A stretch of 64,000 bases of DNA from NCBI RefSeq assembly GCF_009914755.1, contig NC_060946.1; one strand, given 5' to 3'. Below the pieces are notes generated by a model. The model searched no databases, was not told the origin of the DNA, and saw only the letters and a program-made list of their open reading frames with translations. This DNA comes from the human T2T-CHM13v2.0 reference genome, Homo sapiens. Position numbers and translations under genes: made by a program. Positions 45,456 through 59,422 of the stretch are shown here, one piece after another (positions within the stretch are counted from its first letter, which is position 1; each line of letters opens with the position of its first letter).

Positions 45456-45666
45456 GAAGAAGAAGAAGGAGAAGAACAAAGAAGAAGAAGAAGAAGAAGA
45501 ACAAGAACAAGAACAAGAAGAACAAGAACAAGAAGAACAAGAACAAGAAGAAGAAGAAGAAAGAAAAGAAGAAGAAGAAAGAAGAAGGAAGAGGAAGAGG
45601 AAGAAGAACAAGAGGAAGAAGAAGAAGAAGAAGAAGAAGAAGAAGAAGACGACGACGACGACGACA
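45456..45666. repeat. Compound (GAA)/(GAACAA)/(GAG)/(GAC) microsatellite
   Basis: About 210 bp with no T on the + strand. Confidence 0.96.
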
Positions 45667-46481
45667 GGGGCCTGAGCTAGAGAAAGACTGGGTGTCTGGA
45701 GAAGAAAGGCTCTCTTCTCCTGTATATAGGCTGTCACACTGCACATTCTCCTGTGATTTCAGTTCTTTTCCCCAGGTAAGAGGGGACTAAAAACTTCAGA
45801 ACAGACCCCCTTAGCCTACAGCTACCATCACATACTTTTCACTCACTTATAAACATACTCCTAGGAGGTATTAATGTGGCCATGCCCCTCCCAGGAGTAA
45901 GTACCACCCTTAGGAATCCCATCACAGTGCCTTCTCTTCTAGTTTCTTGCCAAAAACCTACACAAGTGCCTATAGGTCTCCTAGTATAATTCTACCCTCA
46001 GACACTGAATCTGCAACAGCAACCTGTTCTCTCCACCACCTGTTAATAATCTCAACTGCCTGCACGGACACAGGAATAATTCTGAGTATAGCCCTTTCTA
46101 GACCATTATCTTTAACACAAACCAGTCTGTCCACCTACCTTTTACTGTCCTCCACTCATGGATTTTTGGTGGCTCCTTTCTGTTTTCTACATGTTTCCCC
46201 ACAGTTTCTCTTTTACGTGTACACAGTGTGTCCAGGACCACCCATTAGATACCTAAATCCAGTGTGTACTGAAATTCAGATGTCTGGAAGTTCAAGATCA
46301 TGTCCTTAATCCAGCTGTTGCTTTTCTTTAAAAAGCATTTAGCCTACATGTACATTTTTGTTTGCTTTTTTGAAATACACACATATATATAAATTATTTT
46401 AACAGCTAAATAAAACTTACCTTTTTTTCTTTTTTTTGACTCAGGATTCTCTTTATCTAGGACCTGAGAACCACCACTTTG

Positions 46482-48263
46482 TTTTTGCTTTTGATTTGGA
46501 AAAGTTTTTTTTTTTCCATTTTCAGTCTTTTAAAGTAGACACAGATTTGTTTAGAATGATAAAGCTCACTTTAAGATCACACAAAAGTTGAGCACAAAGG
46601 ATAGGATTCAATTCAGCAATACAGAGTAATGAAGAGTAAAAGATACTAAGTTTCTCCAACAGAAAACTAATCATCCAAGGCGATTATATCAAAGGTGATA
46701 ATATCTGGAGCCTAAAGTATTTAACACTGCAAAAGCTAGAACTGTTAGTGTATAAACTGAGCAGTGGAATTTTTAGCTGTGCTTTGGTTTCTACTTATTA
46801 CTTCAGAAAAATTAGCATAGTTTTGTTTAGTCTTTAGTAGACAACATGCATCCGTGTAAATTAAACAGTATTTTCTACAATTGTGTGAATATAAGGCCAC
46901 AATATTTATTTTGAATAAACTTCTTAAATAGTAATTTTAATATTAATGTTATTAATTTGTTTGAAATATAAAGTATTATAACTTTCAGTTTATATAACTT
47001 TATTATAAGTATTAATTTGTTTGAATTAAGTTTATATAACTTTAATATAAGTATAATTTGTTTGAAATATAAAGTATTATAACTTTAAGTTTATATAACT
47101 TTATTATAAGTATTAATTTGTTTGAATTAAGTTTATATAACTTTAATATAAGCATTAATTTGTTTGAAATATAAAGTATTATAAAATATTGTAATTAAGC
47201 TTACAGATAATTTTTAAAATATATACATTATGACTAATATACCAAAATTATTTATATGTACACATTTATATTTAATACCCAAAGAAAATTTACTACCACA
47301 TTGCTACAGTAGATATTAACCTGACATGTTTATTAATTGATCCTATAGGTATAATTATAGGTCAGCATAATTTTACAGTCTATTCTTTTATTTTACTAAA
47401 TTAGGAATGCCACTATTCCCGGACAAATAAATGCAGGTGATGTGACCACCCAAGAATCATAGTAGCTCTTCAGTTAGCTATCTTGCAATCTTTGATATAA
47501 TTCTACTATGTGAATAGAGTGAATTCCAATTCTTCATCAAAAAGTGCTGGTGGAGGTTGTCAGGTGTGTTCCAGTATAGATTCCCAATCCAACGGCCGGC
47601 AGATGGGAGAGCAGCAGAGATGGAAATTCTGCTCAGAATAAGCCCTCTTTCTCATAATACTTGTATTTCTCATGCTGAGAGTAGCTGTGCACTTTTGGTG
47701 TTTAGAGAAGAACTTCTTTGGAAGAATATTTTCTGGTCAATTTGACCAATGTTACATGTAATCTGAATTTGTCTTTAAGATTCTTTCAACCTCTTTTCTT
47801 CTCTCAATACGGTTTTACTCAGACTGAGAGCTGTCTTTCTCTTCAATGCTTTGGGAATTCAGTGCTTTGTGTCTAAGCCCTATTAGTATCACATGGTGTC
47901 TGTGAGTGAGGGGGGCTGTCACCGTGAGAACTCCTGGAGCTGCTCTATCTAGATCCATGCTATGTATCCAGCAATATTCTTTTTGTGTCAGTATTATAAA
48001 TAGAAACTGAGGCTGAAACATTGCTCCCGTTTCCCTTATTGCAAAAGTGCAATTCTACCCAAGAGCCCTGCAGGCTCTCCTCCTGCAGCTCAGGGACCCC
48101 GCTCTGTAATGTAAAATGTGGGGACCCCACTCTCTAATGTAAAATGTGAGCTGCCAGCTGTGGGCTGTGCCTCAGTGGTAGATGGCAGGGTTTGGGAGAG
48201 GACACAGGCCACCAGGAGAGGGCAAGCAGAATTGCTGCAGCCCAGGGCTTAGTGAGTAGGGAT
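46482..48263 (-). pseudogene. BNIP3P: Processed BNIP3 pseudogene (CDS remnant 48112-47537 plus long 3'UTR)
   Basis: Minus strand reads [77 protein letters not shown]; intronless, multiple stops, start codon lost. 3'UTR similarity extends to ~46490. Candidate degenerate TSD at 46471-46481 / 48264-48274. Confidence 0.92.
46951..47183. repeat. AT-rich ~102-bp tandem repeat (60+42 subunits, ~2.3 copies)
   Basis: (AT)TAATTTGTTTGAA recurs near 46951, 47011, 47053, 47112 and 47154. Confidence 0.9.
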
Positions 48264-48288
48264 CCATTGCTTTGAAATATAAATAGCC

Positions 48289-48671
<383 letters not shown>

Positions 48672-48860
48672 TTACAGCTGAAGGTAAGGTAGGCTTACCT
48701 GCAACATGCACCTGGCTCTAAGTTGCAAAACTGCCTCCTATCATGATGTTGGAAGTTTATTTTTTCTTTGCATATAACCAACCAGCATACACAGAAGGCC
48801 TCCCCAATTACCAGGTGAGTTTAAGATGAACTATGTATAACAAATGGTTTGTACAGAAGG

Positions 48861-49432
48861 GAGGCAGGAGAATGGGGTATGGAGGCAGAGAACTTAAGGC
48901 CAATTTGTGTTGACTTCCTAAAGGAAAAAACACCAAGGTCTGGAGGCAGGAAACCTAAGGCCAATTAAGGCAAACTTCCAACAGCTAAACCAAAAGAAAA
49001 AGTCCCATCTCCCCACACCTGAATAGCAAAGGATCAAAGGCTACTGTCCCTACAACCCTCCCCTTTCTACCACTTCTCAGGTAGAAAGGGAAAGTGCCTT
49101 GGAGTGGCTGCAGGCCAAGCACCTGCATTCCTTCATCCGCATAGCGTGCCAATTCTCCTAAGCCTTTAATTAGCCACAGACCAAATCCTTAATCCATATC
49201 AGTGGTAGCTGATAGGGACCTCAAAAGGAGTACTAAAAACCCAGAAAACTTCGTAACTGGGTCCTTGAGCCACTTGCTCAAGCCCATACCCACCCTATTT
49301 CTTACCTTAATAAATTTCCGCTTTTGATGCTTCCTCCCTCTGTTTTGTTCCTTTGTTACTTTGTGCATTTTGTTCAATTCTTTGTTGCCAAGGACCTGGA
49401 CAACTCACACTCACGGCCTTCGTTCTGGGAAC
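48861..49432 (+). mobile_element. ERV1 solo LTR, MER51/MER61-like
   Basis: GAGGCAGGAGAATGGGGTATGGAGGCAGAGAACTTAAGGCCAATT start; AATAAA at ~49309; ends ..CTGGGAACA. Confidence 0.7.
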
Positions 49433-49713
49433 AGAAGTGCAGTTAGATGTGGATGCATGTGATTGGTGCTTAAACTCACAGTGCCCCACACCAAAGGAGA
49501 AAAACACATAGTTACAGCCTGTGTGTCCAAATTAGGTCCAGATTAGGTCCAAGGACAAATAGCAAAACAAGAAGATTGCCTTTAATCTTTTCCCTCCACT
49601 TCTAAACTCTGGAGGACAAGGCTGTGAAGAGATCTGAAGACATGGTGTTCTCTGCTTGTGTGGCCCCAACATTCTTTGTTTGCTGTCTGATATTTGAAAG
49701 GAAGAGGAACCTT

Positions 49714-50475
49714 TGATAGAGGAGGCAGTCGGACGCTGGTTAGGCAGATAGAGAGAGGGCCTGGGGAGAGGAAAAACACGTGTGGGACCGCACCTGCACC
49801 ACCTCTGTAGCTAGCAGGAAGAAATGTGGTTAAGAACTTCCTCTTATGCCAGGATGTTGCTCCAAAGGGACTGTCCCAACTTAGCACAGGCGCAATAAAT
49901 CAACCCAAATGTCCTTAACTTGACCCAGCTCATTATAAGGTCATTAACATGACATTAGCATTGTGGTTTTGGCTCTCCTCGTGTAAGTTTCGCTTAGGCA
50001 CTCATGGGTAATAACCAAAATGGAGTCACTGTGGCCAATCCCAGGCATGCGCAGATGCAACACCCTTAGTGAGGAACTTTACCCCTCCCATTTGGGCAGA
50101 ACCCACAGAAGACATACTTGTTCTTGCCACATAAAAGACCCAGACCTCAGCCTCATTTCTGGCAACCTGCTTTCAGGTCCCCTCTTGCTTCTGAGAGCTT
50201 TCCTTTTGCTTAATAAATCCTACTCTGCCTTGCTCACTCTCTGGTATCCGTGTGCTTCATTCTTTTTGGTCGTGGCACAAGAGTCCCGACCTGGCTGAAC
50301 CGAGGAGACCACCACACCTCCACCAAACAGCAACTGGGAAACCGTGGTCTTCACGTGGATACTCTCAGCTTGCAGCCCCTGCTCTCTCTAGGGGCACTGT
50401 CCCACCCACCCTTGAGCCTGAGGAGAAAAGTTGGTAGAGAGGCTGGTCCCTTACTTCCAGCAGAAAAGAGGTGTT
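49714..50475 (+). mobile_element. ERV1 LTR, LTR1/LTR27/LTR28-like
   Basis: TGATAGAGGAGGCAG..AGGCAGATAG start; CATAAAAGACCC; CTGAGAGCTTTCC..AATAAA; 3' limit approximate. Confidence 0.6.
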
Positions 50476-50514
50476 CAGGCCCTCACTTCCCTAAGGGAAG
50501 AGAGCCCTCATGGC

Positions 50515-50835
50515 TGCGCTCAATGTGGCAGCCACCTGCCATATGTAGCTACTGGGTACCTGGAATGTGACTGGTTTGAAGTAAAATGTGCTGCAAACAT
50601 AAAATACACAGTGAGTTTAGAAGAATTAGATCAGAAATACATAAAATACACAGTGAGTTTAGAAGAATTAGATCAGAAATATACTTTATTTCTAATTATA
50701 TATCAATCACATATTAAAACAATATTTTGATACAATGAGTTAAAAATTATTACAAACAACTTCACTCTTTAAATATTATTTTTGACGTGGCTAATAAAAA
50801 CGCAAAATTCACAAATTAACATTTTATTTTTTAAA
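50515..50835 (+). mobile_element. MER33/MER3-like DNA transposon with internal 42-bp tandem duplication
   Basis: CAATGTGGCAGCCAC..ATGTAGCTACTGGGTACCTGGAATGTGACT; duplication at 50598-50681. Confidence 0.65.
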
Positions 50836-50951
50836 GGATTGCTTCCCTCTTAAAATCTCAGGTGTCCTACTCAAAAGACTAGCGGCCAGAAGGGTTATGA
50901 AATCTAAAATATTAAAATAATTGTCATTATATCACTTCCGTTTGTGAAAAA

Positions 50952-51017
50952 GTGTGTGTGCATGCATGTGTGCATGCGTGTGTGTGCGCGCGTGTGTGTG
51001 CGCGTGTGTGTGCACGT
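50952..51017. repeat. Perfect alternating purine-pyrimidine tract (TG/CG/CA)
   Basis: 66 bp of unbroken RY alternation including CGCGCG. Confidence 0.9.
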
Positions 51018-51079
51018 CTGTGTGTAAGTGTATTTTACAAGTGGACATAACCTTACACACAACAAGGTTAAAAAAAACA

Positions 51080-52450
51080 CCCCTGGGCTGCGTCAGGCCA
51101 AGCCGGGAGAGAAAGCCCCGCCTGAAAGGGCCTGGAGGCCCCAGCCTGTCACTCTTGCCACATCAGTGGAGTGTATGGTTGCAAATTCTGTTACTCAAGG
51201 CCCGAGGGCGGGGATTGGAGTAATATCCAATCAGAGTGTCGGAATGAGAACTGCCCAATCAGGCCCGCAGCCAGAGAGGAGGGGTTGGCTTCCGGGATCT
51301 GGCGTGGCGTTTTCCTCTGGCTCCTGCGAGGGCTTGGTTTAGGGCTTCAGCTCTCTGCGTTCTCGGCTCCGGGAGGCCTCGGTGATTCAGCCACAGCCTC
51401 TGCCTCCCGTTGCTCTGTGACCTGAGGGTATTGGACAATTTGTAGCTAAGACTCCCGGATACCCTGAAGTCGGGAAATGGTGAGTGTGCGGGGCAGGGCG
51501 TCCGGAGGCTGGGGAGGCCTCATCGGAACCGGCGGGAAACGGCGGCGGCGGGACCGAGTCTGCGAACGGAGTCCCCGCTGCCGCCTCTCAGCCCTCAGTC
51601 CCCTCCGGTGACGGACCGGGCTCCTGTCGGTCCCCGCACGGCGGCTCTGGCCCAGCCTGCGGCCCTCCTTGTGCAGTTCTGCGCCCGCAGCCCCGCACCT
51701 TCCCTGGGCCGTGGGGTGAGGAGGAGCTCATCTGGAAGACGCCGGCGCCCGCGTGCGAGGTGCCCGCCTGGGAGGAGCTGTGGTCCGGGGGTCCGGTCCC
51801 TACTTTACCCTGTTCGGAATGAGATCGAGGCCCCATCGAAACAAAGTTCATGTGAGCAAACGGGGTCTCATTAATGGGACAGCGTCGGCCGCGGCTCCTG
51901 GTTTGGGGACTGCCAGCGGGTCTTGAAGGAAAGGCTTTTGTGAGGTGTGTGAGCAAGCGAAGCAAATCACCCGCCCGCTCCAACTATTCCACCAGTCCCT
52001 TTGCCCTGTGCACCTCCTCCGCGTGGCTGTTCCTGAGTAACATCTTTTAGAATACGCTGGTGTCGGTGCGCACGGCGCTTCTCAGTTCTGTGAGTAGTTC
52101 TGCCACATTGCTGAACTTGAGGGTGTGGGCGCCCCTGGTTTGTAGACAGGCGTTCAGAAATGAAGACGGGTGTCCAGAGGCAGGGACTGGCGTCTGCAGC
52201 GGGAGCAGTTGTGGGAAGAGCGCTGAGCTTGTGGGGTCTGCGCTGACTCTGGGTGGTGTCGTTAGTGAGTTGCTGGACACCGCGTTGGGGTTGGAGCATT
52301 GACTGGTGTTGAGGAAACTCCGCACGTTTTCTGTCAGAAGAAAGACATGGCTGAGCCTGGGCTGGAGAAAGATGCCTGGTGTCTGCGGGAGGCGCGGCCG
52401 GGTTCTGCATATGTGCTGTCCCGCTGGGCACTGTCCTTTTCCTCCAGGTC
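51080..52450 (+). promoter_or_regulatory. CpG-island promoter of the KRAB-ZNF gene
   Basis: CpG-rich; GC box at ~51204-51213, ATTGG 51214-51218, CCAAT 51227-51231 and 51255-51259, ETS CTTCCGG 51289-51295; exon 1 ends GGAAATG|GTGAGT. Confidence 0.88.
51477..51479 (+). CDS. ZNF595: Start-codon end of exon 1 of ZNF595 or paralog
   Basis: ATG directly followed by a GTGAGT donor, the usual ZNF91-family layout; in frame with the KRAB-A exon. Confidence 0.85.
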
Positions 52451-52558
52451 TCCTTCCGGGGAGAGAGGGGACCCAGAACAAAGAGGAAAGGAGTTCTGAG
52501 AAACATCCCTTCCCTGCACCCTGCTGCCAGCCCCCACCCAATGCTAGTCCACTCCTGA

Positions 52559-53174
<616 letters not shown>

Positions 53175-53329
53175 TCCCACCCATGGCTGTTGATAGCTCC
53201 TTTCTCTTCTGCTTTTTCCTTCCCCACAAATTCTCTTTTCTGTGTACACGGTGTGCCCAAGTCCATCCCTCAGGTGCCTATGAGAATTCAGACGTTAGTG
53301 AGTTCGAAACCAGGCCTTTTGGCCTGGCT

Positions 53330-53900
53330 GTTGTAGGAGCAAACACAAATTAGAAGAGGCTTAATGCTTTCTCTTTAGAACGAGGGAAGAATTTTTGCTC
53401 TTCTCCTTTTTCTTAAAGCATTTAGTTTGAGAACTTTTATATTTAAATATTTTCTCTGCTTCTTTCAAATATATGTAAATCATTTTTATCAGTTAAATAG
53501 GTCATTTGTCTTTTTTGGCTCAAAATTGTCTTCATCTGGGACCTGGGAACTATTGCTTTGAAATGTAAATAGCAAGAATATACACCCTATTTCACAGTTT
53601 CTGTAGGGGACTAGGAGGCTGCCTTCAGCAGGTACCTAGCTCCACATTGCAAATCTACATCCTGTCACGAAGATGTGGATGTTTATTTTTTCTTTAATGA
53701 TTAGAAAAAATTAGAAAACCCAGATGACCTCTCAAATTACATGATGAAATTATAATAAATTGTGTATGACAAATGGTGCTTTCAAGGCTTCTACTTGAGA
53801 ACTAATTATGGTGACTTTCTGTGTTTGCATTTTCTTAGATTGCTTGTGATGCACATCATATTTTGGTTTAATTATACAACAAAACATTTTCTTGCAGTTC
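53330..53900 (+). mobile_element. LTR-like repeat; related copy split at ~46320-46481 and 48264-48850
   Basis: Colinear similarity (GGACCTG.GAAC.A..CTTTGAAAT.TAAATAGC.A.GA..TA..CCCTAT) to the sequence flanking the BNIP3 pseudogene; family uncertain. Confidence 0.5.
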
Positions 53901-54399
53901 TGTTACTGTGGAGACTTTTTTAGGATTGCAGATGATTTTGCTTTTAGTTATATTTTCCACACACTGTCCAGAATTACCAGATGTTATACACAAAATGTCG
54001 AGCAGACTTCACTTGAGAAAACATTCTTTCTCAGGATTCCAGTCACAACCTGCAATTGTGCGGCAAAGTGCAGCAAAGTATTTCCTAAATCTGCAAACAG
54101 AATGGTCTCTCTCTTGGCATCTACAGTCCTTTCTAGAGCAGTTAAATTTCTACAAAAATAACTTTTCAGGACAGCAGTCAGTTATTTCACCGCCTTCAGT
54201 GCTCCTGGCATCTTCCGTTCTGACACTGATTTCAGAGATATGGGGCCCATAAACCTAACCAGATTCACACATACGCATCGATTAAACCTGAGAAATTCTG
54301 CTCCCTCCCACCTCCCCTTGCCCACATGCCCACAAACATTTGGCATGGGCCACATTGTGGCCCACAAACATAGCTCACCAGCCCTCCAAGACCTAAATG

Positions 54400-54871
54400 T
54401 GCAGTTCCAAATTCTGAATTTATGTCCTGAGATTTGATAAAAGAACTTTTATTTGAGAAATACAAGTTTTTAGATTTATCAGACCCAGAGATGTGTTAAA
54501 ATGAGACCACACTCACATACTGTTCTCCTCCTTGAACTATTTGTCTTTTGAAATTGCTTGCTATTGCCACAAGTGGCTGTAAATTAACCTAATAATGCCA
54601 CACTGGACACTATGACCCATACCCTATAGCTTAACTATGTATATGGCCAATCACTAACCAATGTTACTTCTATAAACCAATAAGAATTTCTGACACCTTT
54701 CTATCAATCTCCTCTCTGACTTCCTTTTTGCCTGTAAAAATATGCTTGTAACTGCTTCTAATTGGAGTGTATATTCAGGGCAACTTTATACTCCAGGATT
54801 GCAGTCTTCAAGCTTTGGCTCAAATAAACTCTCTACTTATGTTTACCCCAGCTTTTTCCCTTTAGCTCAAA
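54400..54871 (+). mobile_element. MER39/MER34-like ERV1 LTR
   Basis: CCCATACCCTATAG..GCCAATCACTAACCAATGTTACTTCTATAAACCAAT; CAAATAAACTCTCTACTT. Confidence 0.55.
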
Positions 54872-57381
54872 ATATTCTTTAGAATACGTTGAAGGAGGCT
54901 TCATGAGAAGGTCTTTCCTCTGATTTTACTCTGTTTCCTGTAACTCAAGAATGCAGCACACATTGATCTCACCTAGAATCTGCACATAAAAGCTGGCTTC
55001 TGCCCAGGATTCACAAGACAGGGCCAGACTTTGGGTTGAAGAGATACAGAAAAGTCACAGAAGGTGTTTTCTGCATCATGAGAGGTCAGCATAGACATAA
55101 GCCCCACTTTCAGAGTGGAGCCCTTTGAGTTTTCCAGATCTTGTCCAGTGACCTGCTACAGCTGAGTAAGAGGCTTCTGGTGTGAACACAATACTGTGGC
55201 AGAATCTGTAAGTGTAAACAAGCACCTTAGCAGTGGGAAGTCAAGGCCACTAAATATCCAGAGCCATAATGCCAACTATGCCTCCCTGTGTTACTGGAGT
55301 AGAGTACTTTTTTCCTTCGCCTACCTCAGAGTTAGCTGATCAGGGACAGGGGATATCACATCCAGATCCAGGATCTGCAGCTCCATCAGGGCAGTTCCAT
55401 TTTCTGTTTGCACCCCAGAAAGTCAGCCTGAGTCTCCTGCCTGGATCACTATGGGGGCATCAGCCCAGGGTCACTGGGGACACTCTCAGCAGCATCAGTG
55501 AGTATTTGAGACATTTGAGGATGTCCTGTGCAGACTGGGTCAGTGTTTCATATGGACATTAGAAAAAGAGATGAAATAGTCGTGGTCCCTACCATCAAGG
55601 AACTTGCATTCTAGAGCACATTAATAAATGATTGAATTCAGCGTCATGTATTCAGTACAAAGATGAAAACTGTACAGGAGACTTAAGCTTCGTTTGGGTT
55701 ACTTCCCTTTTATTGTTTTGTGAGTTTTGATACCACCACCTGCATGGCTGTTTATGGACAGAAGAGAAGTCATTATTTGTATTGTTTTTGCCTTGCTAAG
55801 AATAAATATTTAACTTCAAATATAATTGGTCTGGAAAAACAGAAGGGTTTTGGTTAAATTCCTTGTTATTGTATGTTATAGATGGGGAAGTGGCAAAATA
55901 GATAAAAATTACACAAACTCTGGGAATCAAATTTCTTTTGGGCAGGCTTAGAAAAGACAAAACTGAAACTACTTAGTGGCCTAGAGAGCAGAAGCCTAGG
56001 GCCCATTTTCTGTCCCAACTTTGCCCAGATCCCCCCTCTACTGAACCTTGTCCAGGTCTGACCCCACACTGAAATACCTCACAGAACTGCTTAGAGAAGA
56101 TCAGAGTTTGGAGTAGCTATTCCTACTGCCTCTCCAGAGCTGGTGCTCCCAATTTCCTGAAACACAAAAGCTGATAAATGGAGAAAGGCAATGTACTTTG
56201 AATTTAATGTACTTAAATTATTTTATGTAAAATTAAAACCAGTATTTCTAGAGACATCCCATCCAGCAACCTGTTCTCCATCTTTGCAGTTTCAGTGGAT
56301 TTTTCACAAGTCTCAAAGTAACTATAAACACAAAAATAAAAAATTCCCGAATTGTACTTAAAACTTTCTTCTGTGTCTCTCCCATTTATCTACATTGAGC
56401 TATTCTATATATTTTTTAAAAATCAATGATAGGAAAACAGAAGAAAAAATAGAAATGCTGGGCCCTGCATTTAAATCCTGGGAAGTATCACACACTTTGT
56501 ACCCACCTCCCAGGATGCTGTGAGAATTAACACACATAATGTGAGCTTCCCAGCACAGTGCTCTGTGACATACTCCTGAGCACATAGTACATGCTCCACA
56601 AATATCGCATTAATGCATGTGGATGTGCTGTTTTTCAAATGCAGACTTACTCAGACATTGCCACCATCTCCAGCCTCTGTAACCTTTAAAGGGCTTGCAG
56701 ATAATGCCACGTTTCAAGATGTTGATTGCTGGTCTTGTCTTCGGATGAAAAGTATTTGTGTTGTGATAAGGGTGTTGGGGTAAGGGACTCTGCGTGCTGT
56801 GTCTGCTTTCTCTAGCTGAGTGGTACTATAACGGGTCTAGGAGGAGCATGAGCATTAATGGGAGACTTGGCTATAAAAAGCTGATTAATGGACCCTTTTC
56901 AAACCTGCAGAATTTTGTTACTTACAGTGAGGCCTAGAATACCAAATTTATGTGCACATTGAAGCTTGAGAGGCAATGTTTAGCTAAGTGACTCTCAGCC
57001 CAGTCTTCCAGTAGGATCACATGGCAGTTTGAAGAGAAACAGTCACCTGTTCCCTCCCCACAGATCCTGTTAAGCTTCTTGTGTGACATTACAGTGAGGC
57101 TAGGGTCAAGCATGAGGGCTTCCAGTTACTTTAATGAGACGTGAGTTCACCCTTTGTTCAAGGAGGTCACAGGACCTGCTTTGCTTGGTTTTGGTAGGGA
57201 CAGATCAGTGTAGCCCATATTTCCATTGCAGCAACAAAAATTGCTGGCATGCCCTCCTTTTTCTTCAGAATTATACAATACTTTAGATAACATTACTGTG
57301 TTAAAAGTTATTTTATCAGATAATTCCAGTCAGCCCCATAAGTCACAACTAGTTCTCTGATTTCACTTATAGTCAAATTAA

Positions 57382-57561
<180 letters not shown>

Positions 57562-58023
57562 TAATTCCTAATACTTCCTCAGAGTTTCATTTTCTTTCTT
57601 TGCAGAATGTCTCTTGGGTGCTTCTGCTTTGCATTAATTAATTTCAGTGCCTTTCTAAAAGATAAAAATTGGGATTTGCTGGTGTAAAAAGAAAATCTTT
57701 AGGATGTTTCATCATTGCATAAACCATCTCTTTTCTTGAGCTAATTTGTGTCCTTCACTCTAGGATAGTAGTAATTCTAGAAATTCAGTGATGTAAAATA
57801 TTGTTTTCCACATCTAAAATCTAATTTGCACCACTTATTTTTGATTCAGTAGTACTGGGTAGTGGAACTTAGAACCCACAGATTTAAAATATTTCAGTAT
57901 TCTAAAGATTCTGTCAGGAAACAATTTTTGGATTAATTTTCTGGAGTCTTCCATAATTTCTTTATTCTACTTAGCATAGTAATAGATTGGTCATTGGAGT
58001 ATCCCCAGCAATAGTCATGTTAA

Positions 58024-58143
<120 letters not shown>

Positions 58144-58600
58144 TGAGACTGAATGAAGGAGAGGACACAGGCTAGGAGGCCAGAGGTCAGGAAGGAAGCC
58201 AGGCCTTCAAATGTAGTCTGGGAAACTGCGCCAATAAAAATAATTTCCGAAAAGGCTGCATTTTTTCTCTTATTCACAAATAGGGTCATCTTCTGTCCCA
58301 TGCTCTTAAATCTTCTAAGAATTTCCTTTTTTTCTTCAGTGATCTCCAAGTTTACAAGGAGAGCCAATGTCCACTTTATCGCTTATAATGGGCTGCATAA
58401 TCTGACTGCTGTTCCATTGCTTTTAGTGACATAGGAGTATTTGTATTATTGAGGACCTCTATGTTAAAGTATTTTTTCAAATATTATTTTCGCATCATGC
58501 CTAAAATACGTAAGGTGAGTAGTGGACATAATGGGATTTGGTTTAGAAATCTTAGGAACACCGAGGACAGATGTTGCATCTTTTCTGCTTAGTGATTTTT

Positions 58601-58694
58601 TTTTTTTTAATTATACTTTAAGTTTTAGGGTACATGTGCACAATGTGCAGGTTAGTGACATACGTATACATGTGCCATGCTGGTGTGCATCACC
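58601..58694 (-). mobile_element. Extremely 5'-truncated young L1PA (~95 bp)
   Basis: TTATACTTTAAGTTTTAGGGTACATGTGCAC..; perfect TSD CTGCTTAGTGATTTTT at 58585-58600 and 58695-58710. Confidence 0.92.
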
Positions 58695-58900
58695 CTGCTT
58701 AGTGATTTTTAATCCTGTAGAGGTTGCAAATGTAATTCTACAAAAACTCTTACTCAGCAATTTTATCAGAACAATAAGCGTTTTTCCAAATATGAAAAAA
58801 TATGTTATTTTACTTCAAAATGTTATTTTGTATAAACTGAAATTTGTAATTTGAACTCTATATATATTCAAATTTTCAAATTACAATATAGTTTACAGCA

Positions 58901-59101
58901 CAGGTTTTCAAACTCTTGGCTTCCCTGGGCCACATTGGAAGAAGATTTGTCTTGGGACACACTTAAAATTATAAAATACACAAACAGTAATGATAGCCGA
59001 TGAGCTAAGAAACAAGAAATAGGTTTGTGAATAATTTTTTTGATACCCATCACCACAGATAAGCAAAAACGTCCTCACACTCAAAGGATTGGATACCACT
59101 G
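58901..59101 (+). mobile_element. MER30-like DNA transposon
   Basis: CTTGGCTTCCCTGGGCCACATTGGAAGAAGA..GTCTTGGG..TAATGATAGCCGATGAGCTAA. Confidence 0.75.
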
Positions 59102-59134
59102 GTTTAAAGTATCTACTCACCTTCTAGATTTCTT

Positions 59135-59422
59135 TCTTTTTTTCTTTTTTTTTTTTTTGAGACGGAGTCTTGCTCTGTCACCAAGGCTGGAGTGCAGTGG
59201 CGTGACCTCGGCTCACTGCAACCTCTGCTGCCCTGCAGCCTCCACCTCCCGGGTTCAAATGGTTCTTCTGCCTCAGCCTCCTGAGTAGCTGGGATTACAG
59301 GTGCCCGCCACGGGGTTTCACCATGTTGGCCAGGCAGGTTTTGAACTCCTGACCTCAAGTGATCCGCCCACCTCTGCCTTCCAAAGTGCTAGAATTACAG
59401 GCCTGAGCCACCGTGCCTGGCC
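59135..59422 (-). mobile_element. AluS lacking the middle A-rich linker
   Basis: GTGCCCGCCA|CGGGGTTTCACC join; TSD C(A/G)CCTTCTAGATTTCTT at 59118-59134 and 59423-59439. Confidence 0.9.
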
